Shown in pieces: positions 9,156 through 18,331 of a DNA stretch of 64,000 bases (the first letter of the stretch is position 1; every line of letters starts with the position of its first letter). The position numbers were made by a program, and so were the translations under genes. The stretch is taken from NCBI GenBank assembly GCA_050633245.1, contig JBOEGD010000012.1, positions 8,746 through 72,745 of the forward strand, written 5' to 3'. The notes beneath the pieces were generated by a model. That model saw only the letters and a program-made list of their open reading frames with translations. It was not told the origin of the DNA and made no database searches. The stretch comes from Calditrichia bacterium. GTDB lineage: Bacteria > Calditrichota > Calditrichia > RBG-13-44-9 > J075.

Positions 9156-10862
9156 ATGAAAACAGTGCATCAACGGCTCAAACAGACGCATGAAGTGCTG
9201 CAACAGCTCCTTCTTACAGGCTTTATGCTCTGTTTGATGTTACTCATTGGTTGTGACGATGACGATTTTAAAGACAATGTTCGCTTTAACAGCGGCGACA
9301 GTCTGACCTGGGCAAGTCTCGAATACGACGACAGTCACTGGCAGAGGCAGGGTGAGGATCCGGAGCAATCCGGGGACTATTTTTGGATACGTTGGCATAT
9401 CTCACCCCAAGAGCTGGAAGATGTTTCTGAAGACAATCCCGGGCTATGGATCGGCATCCTGGCACCGTCAGATTTTTACTGGAATGGTAAATTTATTGGC
9501 AGCAACACCTTTGCCGGTGCTCCGGTAGAAAGCGACAGCGCGCTTGTTTTTACAACACTAAAATTTCCAAAGGTCGATAAAAACGACGATGGAAATTTGC
9601 TTGCCGTTCGCATGTATAAAAAGACCCATCTCACAGGAGTGGTAGAATTAGAGTTGGGAAACTATAGCGAACTCAGCAGTTCGATGCGCTATCGTGAACT
9701 TGGTGAGTTAATTCTCGGCATCATCTACTTTGTTATTGCAGCCTTTTACATATTTTTCTGGGCAAGCGGTGAGACACAATTTGCCTCACGTGTTTTTATT
9801 GCATTACTTTTGTTGGCATCCATTACCAGCATAAACGATTTTCTACTTCACTATCTGCCAATCCAGGCCGATCAGCTCGTTCCGTTTTATATTTTTGACC
9901 TGACTATTATGTTTTCGATTGGCATTTTTATCCCCGCTTTCTTAATGCTTCTTTTCTCGTATCCCAAGAAATGGCACCTGATTCCCTACGCTTTGGTTGT
10001 TTTCGTTTTAGAAGCGTTACAACCAAGCGGACTTTCGCTGTTGGCAGGAGTTTTCGCAGGTTTTGCGGTATCGGTCTGGGCATTGGTGAAGAAGAAAGAA
10101 AATTCACTGCCCTTGTTTATCGGTATGCTGGTCTGTTTTCTCGGTAGCCTGATAGACGGAGTGTTTGAAAATAACTTTATGGACTTTGGCTTCCTGTTCT
10201 TCATTGTCATCATCAATATTGTTTTATTAAAACAAATTCGCCAAAGGCGCCGAGATCATCAGGCCTCGCTACTGCGATCGGCACGGCTGGAAGCGCAGCT
10301 ATTGCGGAAAAGCATTCAGCCGCACTACGTGCTTAATTCAATGAATGCGGTAATGGACTGGATTGAAACCGAACCTGACAAGGGTATCGAATTTCTGGGT
10401 GCGCTGGCGGAAGAGTTTCAGGTATTGAGCAGAATCTCGCACAAGAAGGAAATAAGCGTCGCTGAAGAGATAAAAATTTGTGAAGCGCATCTTAAAATCA
10501 TGTCTTGCCGTAAAGAAATAAAGTATTCATTAGCAACCTCAAATATCCTTGCTGAAGAAAAAATTCCGCCCGCAATTTTTCATACGCTTATTGAAAATGG
10601 CGTTAAGTATGGTGGGACAAATGGAAGCGGAGTCGATTTTAAAATCGATCGTAAGCAATTGCCTAATGGAAGAAGTTATAGCATCTTTAATTCAGGTGAA
10701 GGAATTGGCAATAAGAAGAACAAACCAGACGGAACCGGAATGCGTTACATAAAATCTCGACTGGAAGAAAGTTATGGGCAAGACTGGAAGCTGGAGAGCC
10801 ATTATCGCGAAGATGGCTACGAGTGCCTCATCGATATCTATGACGGAGGCTCGGTAAAATGA
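9156..10862 (+). CDS. Sensor histidine kinase, 7TMR-DISM/LytS-YehU type (periplasmic sensor domain, 7 TM helices, His_kinase pfam06580 core, HATPase)
   Basis: N-terminal extracytoplasmic domain, then about 7 hydrophobic helices. 'IQPHYVLNSMNAVMDWIE' is the hallmark of LytS-type kinases. C-terminal ATPase 'LIENGVKYG'. Confidence 0.85.
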   Translation: MKTVHQRLKQTHEVLQQLLLTGFMLCLMLLIGCDDDDFKDNVRFNSGDSLTWASLEYDDSHWQRQGEDPEQSGDYFWIRWHISPQELEDVSEDNPGLWIGILAPSDFYWNGKFIGSNTFAGAPVESDSALVFTTLKFPKVDKNDDGNLLAVRMYKKTHLTGVVELELGNYSELSSSMRYRELGELILGIIYFVIAAFYIFFWASGETQFASRVFIALLLLASITSINDFLLHYLPIQADQLVPFYIFDLTIMFSIGIFIPAFLMLLFSYPKKWHLIPYALVVFVLEALQPSGLSLLAGVFAGFAVSVWALVKKKENSLPLFIGMLVCFLGSLIDGVFENNFMDFGFLFFIVIINIVLLKQIRQRRRDHQASLLRSARLEAQLLRKSIQPHYVLNSMNAVMDWIETEPDKGIEFLGALAEEFQVLSRISHKKEISVAEEIKICEAHLKIMSCRKEIKYSLATSNILAEEKIPPAIFHTLIENGVKYGGTNGSGVDFKIDRKQLPNGRSYSIFNSGEGIGNKKNKPDGTGMRYIKSRLEESYGQDWKLESHYREDGYECLIDIYDGGSVK

Positions 10863-11554
10863 CACGAATTTTACTCGTTGAGGATGAAATGCGCGCAGCT
10901 AAGCGGATGATGCGGCTACTGGAAGAACATTTTCCCGAAGAATTTTCCATAACGCATCATCAGGATATTCATGAAGGAATTGCCTGGCTGAAAGATAACG
11001 AGATCGATCTGCTGCTGCTTGATTTAAACTTAAACGGAGAGAGCGGATTTGATGTATTAAAAAATACCGTTGCTGAGTCATTTCAGACGATCATCTGCTC
11101 GGCCTATACCGATAAGGCAATTGAAGCCTTCGAACATGGCGTGCTGGACTTTATTCCCAAACCACTAATGGCAAGTCGCTTGAAACAGGGGTTAGATCGT
11201 TATTTCGGTACCCGCGGCCCTGAACATGAAATGCAGTTATTGGCCGTTAAACGGGCTGGTGAAATAAAAATGCTACCGCTGGAGCGTGTCGATTTCATAA
11301 AAGCGGCCGGTCATTACTCAGAACTTCATGTCGATACAGGTAAATCTGTATTACACGATAAATCGCTGGAGAAACTGGAGCGGTTATTACCTATACACTT
11401 TCGTCGCATTCACAAGTCGTTTATTGCAAACCTGAACTCTATAGAAAAGCTAAAGTCGTATCCCGGGAGTAAATACGAAGCCAAAATGAGAAATGGCGAA
11501 ACGTTGCCCATCGGCCGTCATCGCTATAAAGAGCTAAAGCAAGCTCTTCTTTAA
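10859..11554 (+). CDS. LytTR-family two-component response regulator
   Basis: CheY-like receiver (ILLVEDE…DLLLLDLNL) plus C-terminal LytTR DNA-binding domain (…HYSELHVDTGKSVLHDKSLEKLERLLP..FRRIHKSFIANL). ATGA overlap (10859-10862) with the kinase stop indicates translational coupling. Confidence 0.9.
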   Translation: MTRILLVEDEMRAAKRMMRLLEEHFPEEFSITHHQDIHEGIAWLKDNEIDLLLLDLNLNGESGFDVLKNTVAESFQTIICSAYTDKAIEAFEHGVLDFIPKPLMASRLKQGLDRYFGTRGPEHEMQLLAVKRAGEIKMLPLERVDFIKAAGHYSELHVDTGKSVLHDKSLEKLERLLPIHFRRIHKSFIANLNSIEKLKSYPGSKYEAKMRNGETLPIGRHRYKELKQALL

Positions 11555-11624
11555 TGCTATTTTGTAATAAGCCTTATGGTTATATTGCCTTTCCTCTCTT
11601 TTATTTTATCATCACACTTATCCT

Positions 11625-14243
11625 ATGGGAGTTTGGTACATGAAATCACGTCTATATATTTTGACCGCTCTGCTTTGTTGCGGAATCGGTGTCAGTTTGT
11701 TTATGATGACCGACAATACATCGTTGGATGCCGAAATCTGGCAGCAGAAACTTGAGAAGTCCGAGCCGGGCCCAGATCAACGACCATCTGAGTGGCTTTG
11801 GGAACGTCGTACATTCCCACATGGTGACGTAGCAAAGGGTGCACATCTGGAAATGCTTCAGCAAGCTCAGCAAATGCATGCCGAGAAGCGTTCGCAGAAA
11901 GGTAATGAACTCACATGGGAATTCGCAGGACCAACCAATGTGCAGGGTCGCGTCAATGATATTGAATTCGATCCCATCAATCCAAATATTATTTATACGC
12001 TACCCAACACCGGTGGCGTATTTAAATCGACCGACTCCGGCACATCCTGGATTCCTGTTTTTGATGAGCAGTCTATCCTAACCACCGGAGACATTGCCAT
12101 TGACCCGATCACCCCAACCACATTGTATGTTGGAACTGGTGACCCGAATGGCGGATCGCGTAATTTTCCGGGAGCGGGCATGTATAAGTCAACCGATGCA
12201 GGCGACACCTGGCAGCTCATAGGGCTGGAAAACACCGTTTCGATTGGACGCGTCTTAGTCGATCCGGTAAACACGCAGCGAGTCTTCGTAGCAGCAATCG
12301 GTTCTTACTTTGCGCCCAACCCGGAGCGCGGCGTGTATCGCAGCAGCGATGGCGGAGCCAGCTGGGACAATGTTCTATTTGTGAGCGACTCTACCGGCGC
12401 GATTGATTTGATCATGGATCCCACCAATCCCAACTTCCTTATGGCAGCAATGTGGGAACGCGTTCGCCGTCCACAATCGTCGCATCTATTTGGGCCAACC
12501 GGCGGCATCTATACAAGCACCGACGGTGGAGATACCTGGAATTTGATCGATCCGGTTTCTGCGGGTCTTCCCGATCCGACCGCCAGGAATGTTGGACGAA
12601 TTGGCTTAGCGATAAGTCAGAGCGATCCCAACATTATCTATGCTCTCTATAATGATGGCCGAACCTTAATCGGTATCTATAAATCAATCGATCAGGGAGC
12701 CACCTGGACCGATGCGGATCCGAACAATCAGCTTAGTGCCGCTTTCGGAACATTTAGCTGGAATATGGGACAAATTCGCGTTCATCCAACCGACCCGGAT
12801 ATTGTGTATGTGCTGGATGTGCGGATGGCAAAAACAACCAATGGCGGGAATAGCTGGAGCATTGATGTGCCATTTCACGTAGACTTTCATGCACTGGCGT
12901 TTAATCCACAGAATTCCGATCACATTCTTCTCGGTGGTGATGGCGGTATCGATATCTCAACCAATGGCGGGAATAGCTGGAGTGAAATCCCCGGTCTACC
13001 GGTAACGCAATTTTATGAGATTGGACTCGATGCGAGCAATCCACAGCGACTATACGGCGGCACGCAGGACAACAGCACCCCGCGCACGCTTACCGGTCAG
13101 CTGGATGATTGGGATATTCTTTTTGGTGGAGATGGCTTCTATGTCATCGTTGACCCGACTAATCCCAACGTCATCTACGCAGAAGCTCAATTTGGTTTCC
13201 TGGGTAAGTCTACAAATGGTGGCGCCTCATTTAATTCTCCGGTTACAAATGGCATCAACGGTTCGGAACCAACAAACTGGTCTACACCGGTTATTATGGA
13301 TCCGAATAACTCGCAGCGACTGTATTACGGCACAAACCGCGTGTATCGCACAGAGAATGGTGCCTCGAACTGGAATGCTATTAGTCCCGACTTAACCGAT
13401 GGCGGACCGCGTCTCGGAACGATCACCACCATCGCTGTTGCGCCAACTAATACCGACATCATCTATGCTGGAACCGATGATAGCCATGTCTGGCTCAGCA
13501 CAGATTTTGGTCTTTCCTGGAATGAAGTAACTGCCCCGGCCATGCCCTATCGCTGGGTAACGCGCGTGGCGGTTGACCCGACTGATGAGAATGTAGCCTA
13601 TGTCGCCTTCTCCGGGCTAAAGTGGCGCGACCCCGAACCGCACATCTTTAGAACCAGTGACCTTGGTGCAAATTGGACGGATATCAGCAGCAACCTGCCC
13701 AGCGCGCCAATTAATGCGATTGCAATTGATCCGATTGTGCAGGACGCCGTATATATTGGTACGGATGTCGGTGCTTACGTGAGTTTTGATGCAGGTGGCA
13801 ACTGGGAAGTGCTTGGAACAGGAATGCCGTTGGTAACGGTCTTTGATATGAAGATTCACCCGAATGAGCATTTCCTGGTAGCTGGAACATACGGTCGGTC
13901 AATGTATAAAATGGATCTCTCGCCACTTACCGGAATCGGACAAGAAGGTGAGTCGGGAGTGGCAGAAGGCTTTCAGCTGGAGCAGAACTTCCCGAATCCG
14001 TTTAACCCGAGCACAACCATTCGCTATAGTTTAGAAAGTGCCAATACCGTTAGCTTGAAGGTTTTCAACACTCTGGGACAGGAAGTGAGATCTCTTGTGA
14101 GCAAGCAGCAGGCAGCAGGCGACTATTCCATAGATTGGAATGGATTGGACAATTCCGGGGCAGCAGTTGCTTCCGGCACCTATGTTTATCAGCTACGCGT
14201 GGAGAATCAAGTGTTGAGCAAAAAAATGACGCTGCTACAGTAA
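11625..14243 (+). CDS. BNR/sortilin-Ycf48-like repeat glycosidase-like protein (GH74-like propellers) with T9SS C-terminal domain
   Basis: More than 10 'S.DGG.(T/S)W' BNR motifs (STDSGTSW, STDAGDTW, SSDGGASW, STDGGDTW …). C-terminus 'LEQNFPNPFNPSTTIRYSL…GTYVYQLRV…KKMTLLQ'. Confidence 0.85.
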   Translation: MGVWYMKSRLYILTALLCCGIGVSLFMMTDNTSLDAEIWQQKLEKSEPGPDQRPSEWLWERRTFPHGDVAKGAHLEMLQQAQQMHAEKRSQKGNELTWEFAGPTNVQGRVNDIEFDPINPNIIYTLPNTGGVFKSTDSGTSWIPVFDEQSILTTGDIAIDPITPTTLYVGTGDPNGGSRNFPGAGMYKSTDAGDTWQLIGLENTVSIGRVLVDPVNTQRVFVAAIGSYFAPNPERGVYRSSDGGASWDNVLFVSDSTGAIDLIMDPTNPNFLMAAMWERVRRPQSSHLFGPTGGIYTSTDGGDTWNLIDPVSAGLPDPTARNVGRIGLAISQSDPNIIYALYNDGRTLIGIYKSIDQGATWTDADPNNQLSAAFGTFSWNMGQIRVHPTDPDIVYVLDVRMAKTTNGGNSWSIDVPFHVDFHALAFNPQNSDHILLGGDGGIDISTNGGNSWSEIPGLPVTQFYEIGLDASNPQRLYGGTQDNSTPRTLTGQLDDWDILFGGDGFYVIVDPTNPNVIYAEAQFGFLGKSTNGGASFNSPVTNGINGSEPTNWSTPVIMDPNNSQRLYYGTNRVYRTENGASNWNAISPDLTDGGPRLGTITTIAVAPTNTDIIYAGTDDSHVWLSTDFGLSWNEVTAPAMPYRWVTRVAVDPTDENVAYVAFSGLKWRDPEPHIFRTSDLGANWTDISSNLPSAPINAIAIDPIVQDAVYIGTDVGAYVSFDAGGNWEVLGTGMPLVTVFDMKIHPNEHFLVAGTYGRSMYKMDLSPLTGIGQEGESGVAEGFQLEQNFPNPFNPSTTIRYSLESANTVSLKVFNTLGQEVRSLVSKQQAAGDYSIDWNGLDNSGAAVASGTYVYQLRVENQVLSKKMTLLQ

Positions 14244-14276
14244 TCTTCTGCTATACAAAAACTGTATTATCAAAAA

Positions 14277-14314
14277 GGTGGCTGCGTTGGGTTTGCAGCC
14301 ACCTTTTCTGTTTT
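14277..14314. terminator. Bidirectional rho-independent terminator between convergent genes
   Basis: GGTGGCTGC / GCAGCCACC 9-bp stem with 9-nt loop. TTTTCTGTTTT follows on the plus strand and an A-run precedes it, giving TTTTTGAT after the hairpin on the minus strand. Confidence 0.8.
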
Positions 14315-14388
14315 AACCGCGATTCCATTTCGTCGGATTTTAAATGATATAATTACAACCCTTGCACAGGCAGGAGAGATGATCTTAA

Positions 14389-15558
14389 TCATTTAGGCGC
14401 AACTGCCTCAATTGTACGAACAAGCCCGCTTTTTCGATTATACAACAAAAGCTGATCATCTAAATAAAATACCTTGTCATCAAGAAAACTCGGCATTGGA
14501 ACATCCAATACTTTTTTCCCGTCTTTTGAATAAAAATCCAATCTCGCAGGCTTTCTGGTTCGGTGATAAAGATATTCTGTTCCGACAAGAAAACCCATAT
14601 TATCTGATCCCCACACATCGTTACCCATCTCCTCCTCATTAGCACTCTTCGTCCAAACGTGCCTGCCGAGAATAATATCCGTCATGCCTAATATTCCCAC
14701 ATGCCAGTTCTTAAGCCGTTCTTTCACCAGAGTAGCCCGTGTGGCTCTTGTAGATGCCCAAAAAACAAATCGGCCGTCCTCACTTATCACGGCTCTGGTT
14801 GAACCGAGCTTATCAGAAACATTCAGTTTGACTATTTGTTGACCCAAACTATCCAGCACATACACATTGTTTACTCCAGTAAAGCAAATGCGCTTATTAC
14901 GCGAAACCGATAAGGTATTTCGTTGAAGAGAACCACCTGAGGCCTCCCATAGCACTTCAGCATTTTTATTCAAAGCGATCAGCTTGTTATTTGCATAGCA
15001 TAAATACAGTCCGTCTCGCTCGGCCATATAGCTATAGTGTGTAAGCTCGGGCATTTCTCTTATTAAGGTGCCATTTTGAGCATAAAAGGCACAAGTTTCA
15101 CGCTGCTGCTCATAACCATTATCTGCCAGAATAAACGTAGAGTCTGAAAAGTATCGCAGAGACTGCATCTTATCTTCTACCCGACCAAGCTCTTCACCCA
15201 TTCTCGAATAAATTTGTGAGATAATTTTTACCGGTGAACCTCCCTCCAATTCTTCAGAAAAGTCCTGGGTGATAATCAGAGCGCGGTTCTCAAATAACTG
15301 AGCTCGTTGTTTAAAAGGATTATCCGTTCCAATTCCTCGAACGGGTAAAGTCTTAATCAGTTGCCCACTTTCATCAAAGAACAATAGATCGGACTCAAAC
15401 TTTGAAATTTTCATTTGAAATATGTACTTTTTCGATACATCAACATCAGCCAGCTGACGGTGATATTCTGCCGGCGAAGCATATTCATTTACAATCAGCT
15501 CCTGAGCAAAGAGTTGTGAGGTTAATAACCCTACAAAATAGAGGAATAGTCGGAACAT
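14389..15558 (-). CDS. Hypothetical secreted protein (last gene of a minus-strand three-gene T9SS-cargo operon)
   Basis: The longest ORF runs to 15687, but the signal peptide MFRLFLYFVGLLTSQLFAQ begins at ATG 15558. That start also removes the overlap with the upstream gene. No family recognised; beta-rich. Confidence 0.6.
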   Translation of the reverse strand: MFRLFLYFVGLLTSQLFAQELIVNEYASPAEYHRQLADVDVSKKYIFQMKISKFESDLLFFDESGQLIKTLPVRGIGTDNPFKQRAQLFENRALIITQDFSEELEGGSPVKIISQIYSRMGEELGRVEDKMQSLRYFSDSTFILADNGYEQQRETCAFYAQNGTLIREMPELTHYSYMAERDGLYLCYANNKLIALNKNAEVLWEASGGSLQRNTLSVSRNKRICFTGVNNVYVLDSLGQQIVKLNVSDKLGSTRAVISEDGRFVFWASTRATRATLVKERLKNWHVGILGMTDIILGRHVWTKSANEEEMGNDVWGSDNMGFLVGTEYLYHRTRKPARLDFYSKDGKKVLDVPMPSFLDDKVFYLDDQLLLYNRKSGLVRTIEAVAPK

Positions 15559-15643
15559 CAGAACCCGTTTTGTGAAGTAGTTTGTGTTAGGGAGGTAATT
15601 AAATAATATGCGTAAGAATAAGGGAATGCAACTTAATTCAGTC

Positions 15644-18310
15644 TTAGCGCAACAATAACATCTTTTTGGTGATCGTCTGTCCGACATGATTCAGCTGATA
15701 AAAATACAGCCCGCTGGCCACGCGCTCACCGAGACTGTTTCTACCGTCCCACTTCACTGTATAGCTGCCGGGATCATGGTTTCCTTCGACCAGCATTTTT
15801 ATCAACGCTCCGCGTGCATCATAAATTTTCAGCTTTACCAGGCCAGAGCCGTCTGCAACCCCATACTCAACTTCGGTGCAAAGTAAGAATGGATTGGGAT
15901 AGTTTTGCCCCAGAAAGAAGAGTGCCGGTGGCTGCTGTTCTTCAATGCCACTACCGAGCAATTCCACATAGAGAGTATCATTCGTCAAGTCGTCACTTGC
16001 TATCCGCAAGCGCGCTGTCTTTTCTCCTACATTTGTCGGTAAAAAGCTTATGGAAAGATGAATACTATCTTGAGGAGATACAAGATATGGTAACGAATCC
16101 GAAGGGAGAATAAACAACCCGGCATCCGCACCAACAATCTCGATATTCTGTATCTTGAGATCCGTCATCCCAAGGTTTAAAATGCGAATTGAGTCGGATT
16201 GCAAATCGCCAATCGGCAGTTCACCATAATCCAGCGTGTCTGGCATTACGACAATCTGTGGCACTGGCAGGGCCAGTCCGTGCAAGAGAACTTCTTGTAG
16301 ACCAATCTCCTGATCATTACTGGTAACCTGCAAAGCCACCTCTTTGATACCCACACTCTGCGGAAAAAACTGAATATCTATCAAAATGCTGTCTTGAGGA
16401 TAAATAATTTGTGGCAAAGCGAGAGGCTGAAGTTGAAATGCTAAAGAGTCTGTTCCGACGATTGTAATCTGTTGAACAGTAAGATCTGTAGTCCCTACAT
16501 TATAAACGATTACCTGCTTTGCAGCAGAACCGCCAACGGCTAATTCACCAAAATTCAGTGTGTCAGGTGAGACCTCGATTTGTGGTGAAGGCAAACCAAC
16601 TCCGACCAATGGCACTTCTAGCAGGACTTCATCAGGATCATCATTTTCAATAAGTAGCTGAACGGATTTTTCACCAATTGACGTCGGACTAAATCGTAGT
16701 GTCATCGTCGTACTAAAACCGGGCTGTAGCACATGCGGTGCATTGCCGGCGGCGATGCGAAAATGACTACTATCTGGCTCCGCAATACTGGTGCTGCTAA
16801 TTGTCAACGTCCCGCTACCCACATTTGATAGCGTTAGTATTTTATCCACAGAATCACCAACGGCAATCCCTGCAAAATTCAAGCTATCCGGCGAGATAAT
16901 AATATCAGGAATCGGTTCGATATCGACTCCGGTTCCAAAGAGGTTCAGCACCAGCGGAGACAGATTTGGATCGTTGCTTTCGATGACCAATCCGGCACTG
17001 ATATCGTTTAACTCAACCGGATGAAAGCCTACTGTCAACTGTGCGCTATCGCCGGGAGCAATGGTCATCATTCCTCCTCCCGAAAGAATGGAATACTGAA
17101 TCGGCTCTCCACTGCTGATTCGAGTCTCCGTAATAACCAGCTCAGCACTTCCGGTATTGTAAATATTCAATTGCTGACTTACCGTATCACCCAGCAGCAC
17201 TTCACCAAAGTTAAAATCAACTGGATCGGTAACAATATTCGGGGCAGCATAGGCGATTCCAGACAGGCTGACCAAAACCGGATTTTCATCTCCATCGCTA
17301 TTGTAGATTTCAAGTATCGCACTTTTATTCCCTGCAGATAGAGGTTCAAAAAACACGGTCGCTCCACGGCTTGCACCACCGGGGAGAGAAAAAGGCCCAC
17401 GATCGCCCGAAAGCGCAGACAAATTAAATTCACCACTATCTGGCCCGACAATGACGAGCGTGTCAACTACAAGAGTGCTTTGACCAACATTCGAAATAAG
17501 CAGCGAAAGATTATTAAAGAGACCAACTTCCACAGAGTCCATATCCAAAACCAGTGGAGACACCTCTATTTCCGGTGGGCCAAGAGACAAGCCTTCTCCC
17601 AGAAGCGTTATTCCAACTGGACTTTCATCGGGATCATTGCTGTAGAAATCCACTTGGCCTTCAAGCACACCCGCCATTTGAGGAGAAAAACCCATTAGTA
17701 ACGACACGAAGCCACCGGCAGGAACGCTAAACGAACCCGGAAAATTATCGCGAAAAAAGCTGGCACTACCCGGCCCGCTGATAACTGTGCTGTCTATCGT
17801 TAAGGCTGCGCCACCGTTATTGGATATTGAAAAGATAAGGCTGGTGCTATCGCCGACTTCGATTGTTGAGAAGCTCAAGGTATCAGTGTTTAGCTGAATA
17901 TCCGGAACAGGTGCAGGCACTGCGGTAGCAACAAGCTCGATTGGGTATGGATTGACACCAACATTATTACTAAAAATCAGGATCCTGGCATCTTTTTCTC
18001 CCGCAACCTGAGGCTCGAAGAAAGCTAGATTCACGTGCTGACCATTCGGCGGTAATTGAAACGGATCGTTAAACTGCAGAGAGAACTCAGCGGCATCAGG
18101 CCCGGCAAAAACAACGCTGTCTATAGATAACGTCTCAGTCCCGATATTAGAATAAATAAGCGAAGCACTACGCGTTTGACCAACCTGTGCAGTTGGAAAG
18201 AAGATGGAATCCGGACCGCTTATTTGCTGTGCTTCTGCTGTGAAAGACAGCAGAAACCAGCAAAACACTGCGATGGCACATTTTGACGCTTGTCGAATCA
18301 TTATTTTCAC
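15644..18310 (-). CDS. Secreted protein with ~8 tandem ~100-aa choice-of-anchor-D-like (ASPM/HYDIN-type Ig-like) modules and T9SS C-terminal domain
   Basis: Recurring module 'D..L.FG.V.VG.S....I.N.G...L.I.S..I.G.D...F.L….G' (e.g. LSFSTIEVGDSTSLIFSISNNGGAALTIDSTVISGPGSASF). C-terminus 'GQNYPNPF…GLYFYQL…KKMLLLR'. Signal peptide present. Confidence 0.8.
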   Translation of the reverse strand: MKIMIRQASKCAIAVFCWFLLSFTAEAQQISGPDSIFFPTAQVGQTRSASLIYSNIGTETLSIDSVVFAGPDAAEFSLQFNDPFQLPPNGQHVNLAFFEPQVAGEKDARILIFSNNVGVNPYPIELVATAVPAPVPDIQLNTDTLSFSTIEVGDSTSLIFSISNNGGAALTIDSTVISGPGSASFFRDNFPGSFSVPAGGFVSLLMGFSPQMAGVLEGQVDFYSNDPDESPVGITLLGEGLSLGPPEIEVSPLVLDMDSVEVGLFNNLSLLISNVGQSTLVVDTLVIVGPDSGEFNLSALSGDRGPFSLPGGASRGATVFFEPLSAGNKSAILEIYNSDGDENPVLVSLSGIAYAAPNIVTDPVDFNFGEVLLGDTVSQQLNIYNTGSAELVITETRISSGEPIQYSILSGGGMMTIAPGDSAQLTVGFHPVELNDISAGLVIESNDPNLSPLVLNLFGTGVDIEPIPDIIISPDSLNFAGIAVGDSVDKILTLSNVGSGTLTISSTSIAEPDSSHFRIAAGNAPHVLQPGFSTTMTLRFSPTSIGEKSVQLLIENDDPDEVLLEVPLVGVGLPSPQIEVSPDTLNFGELAVGGSAAKQVIVYNVGTTDLTVQQITIVGTDSLAFQLQPLALPQIIYPQDSILIDIQFFPQSVGIKEVALQVTSNDQEIGLQEVLLHGLALPVPQIVVMPDTLDYGELPIGDLQSDSIRILNLGMTDLKIQNIEIVGADAGLFILPSDSLPYLVSPQDSIHLSISFLPTNVGEKTARLRIASDDLTNDTLYVELLGSGIEEQQPPALFFLGQNYPNPFLLCTEVEYGVADGSGLVKLKIYDARGALIKMLVEGNHDPGSYTVKWDGRNSLGERVASGLYFYQLNHVGQTITKKMLLLR

Positions 18311-18331
18311 CTTAAAATTCTTGGCTCAGCT

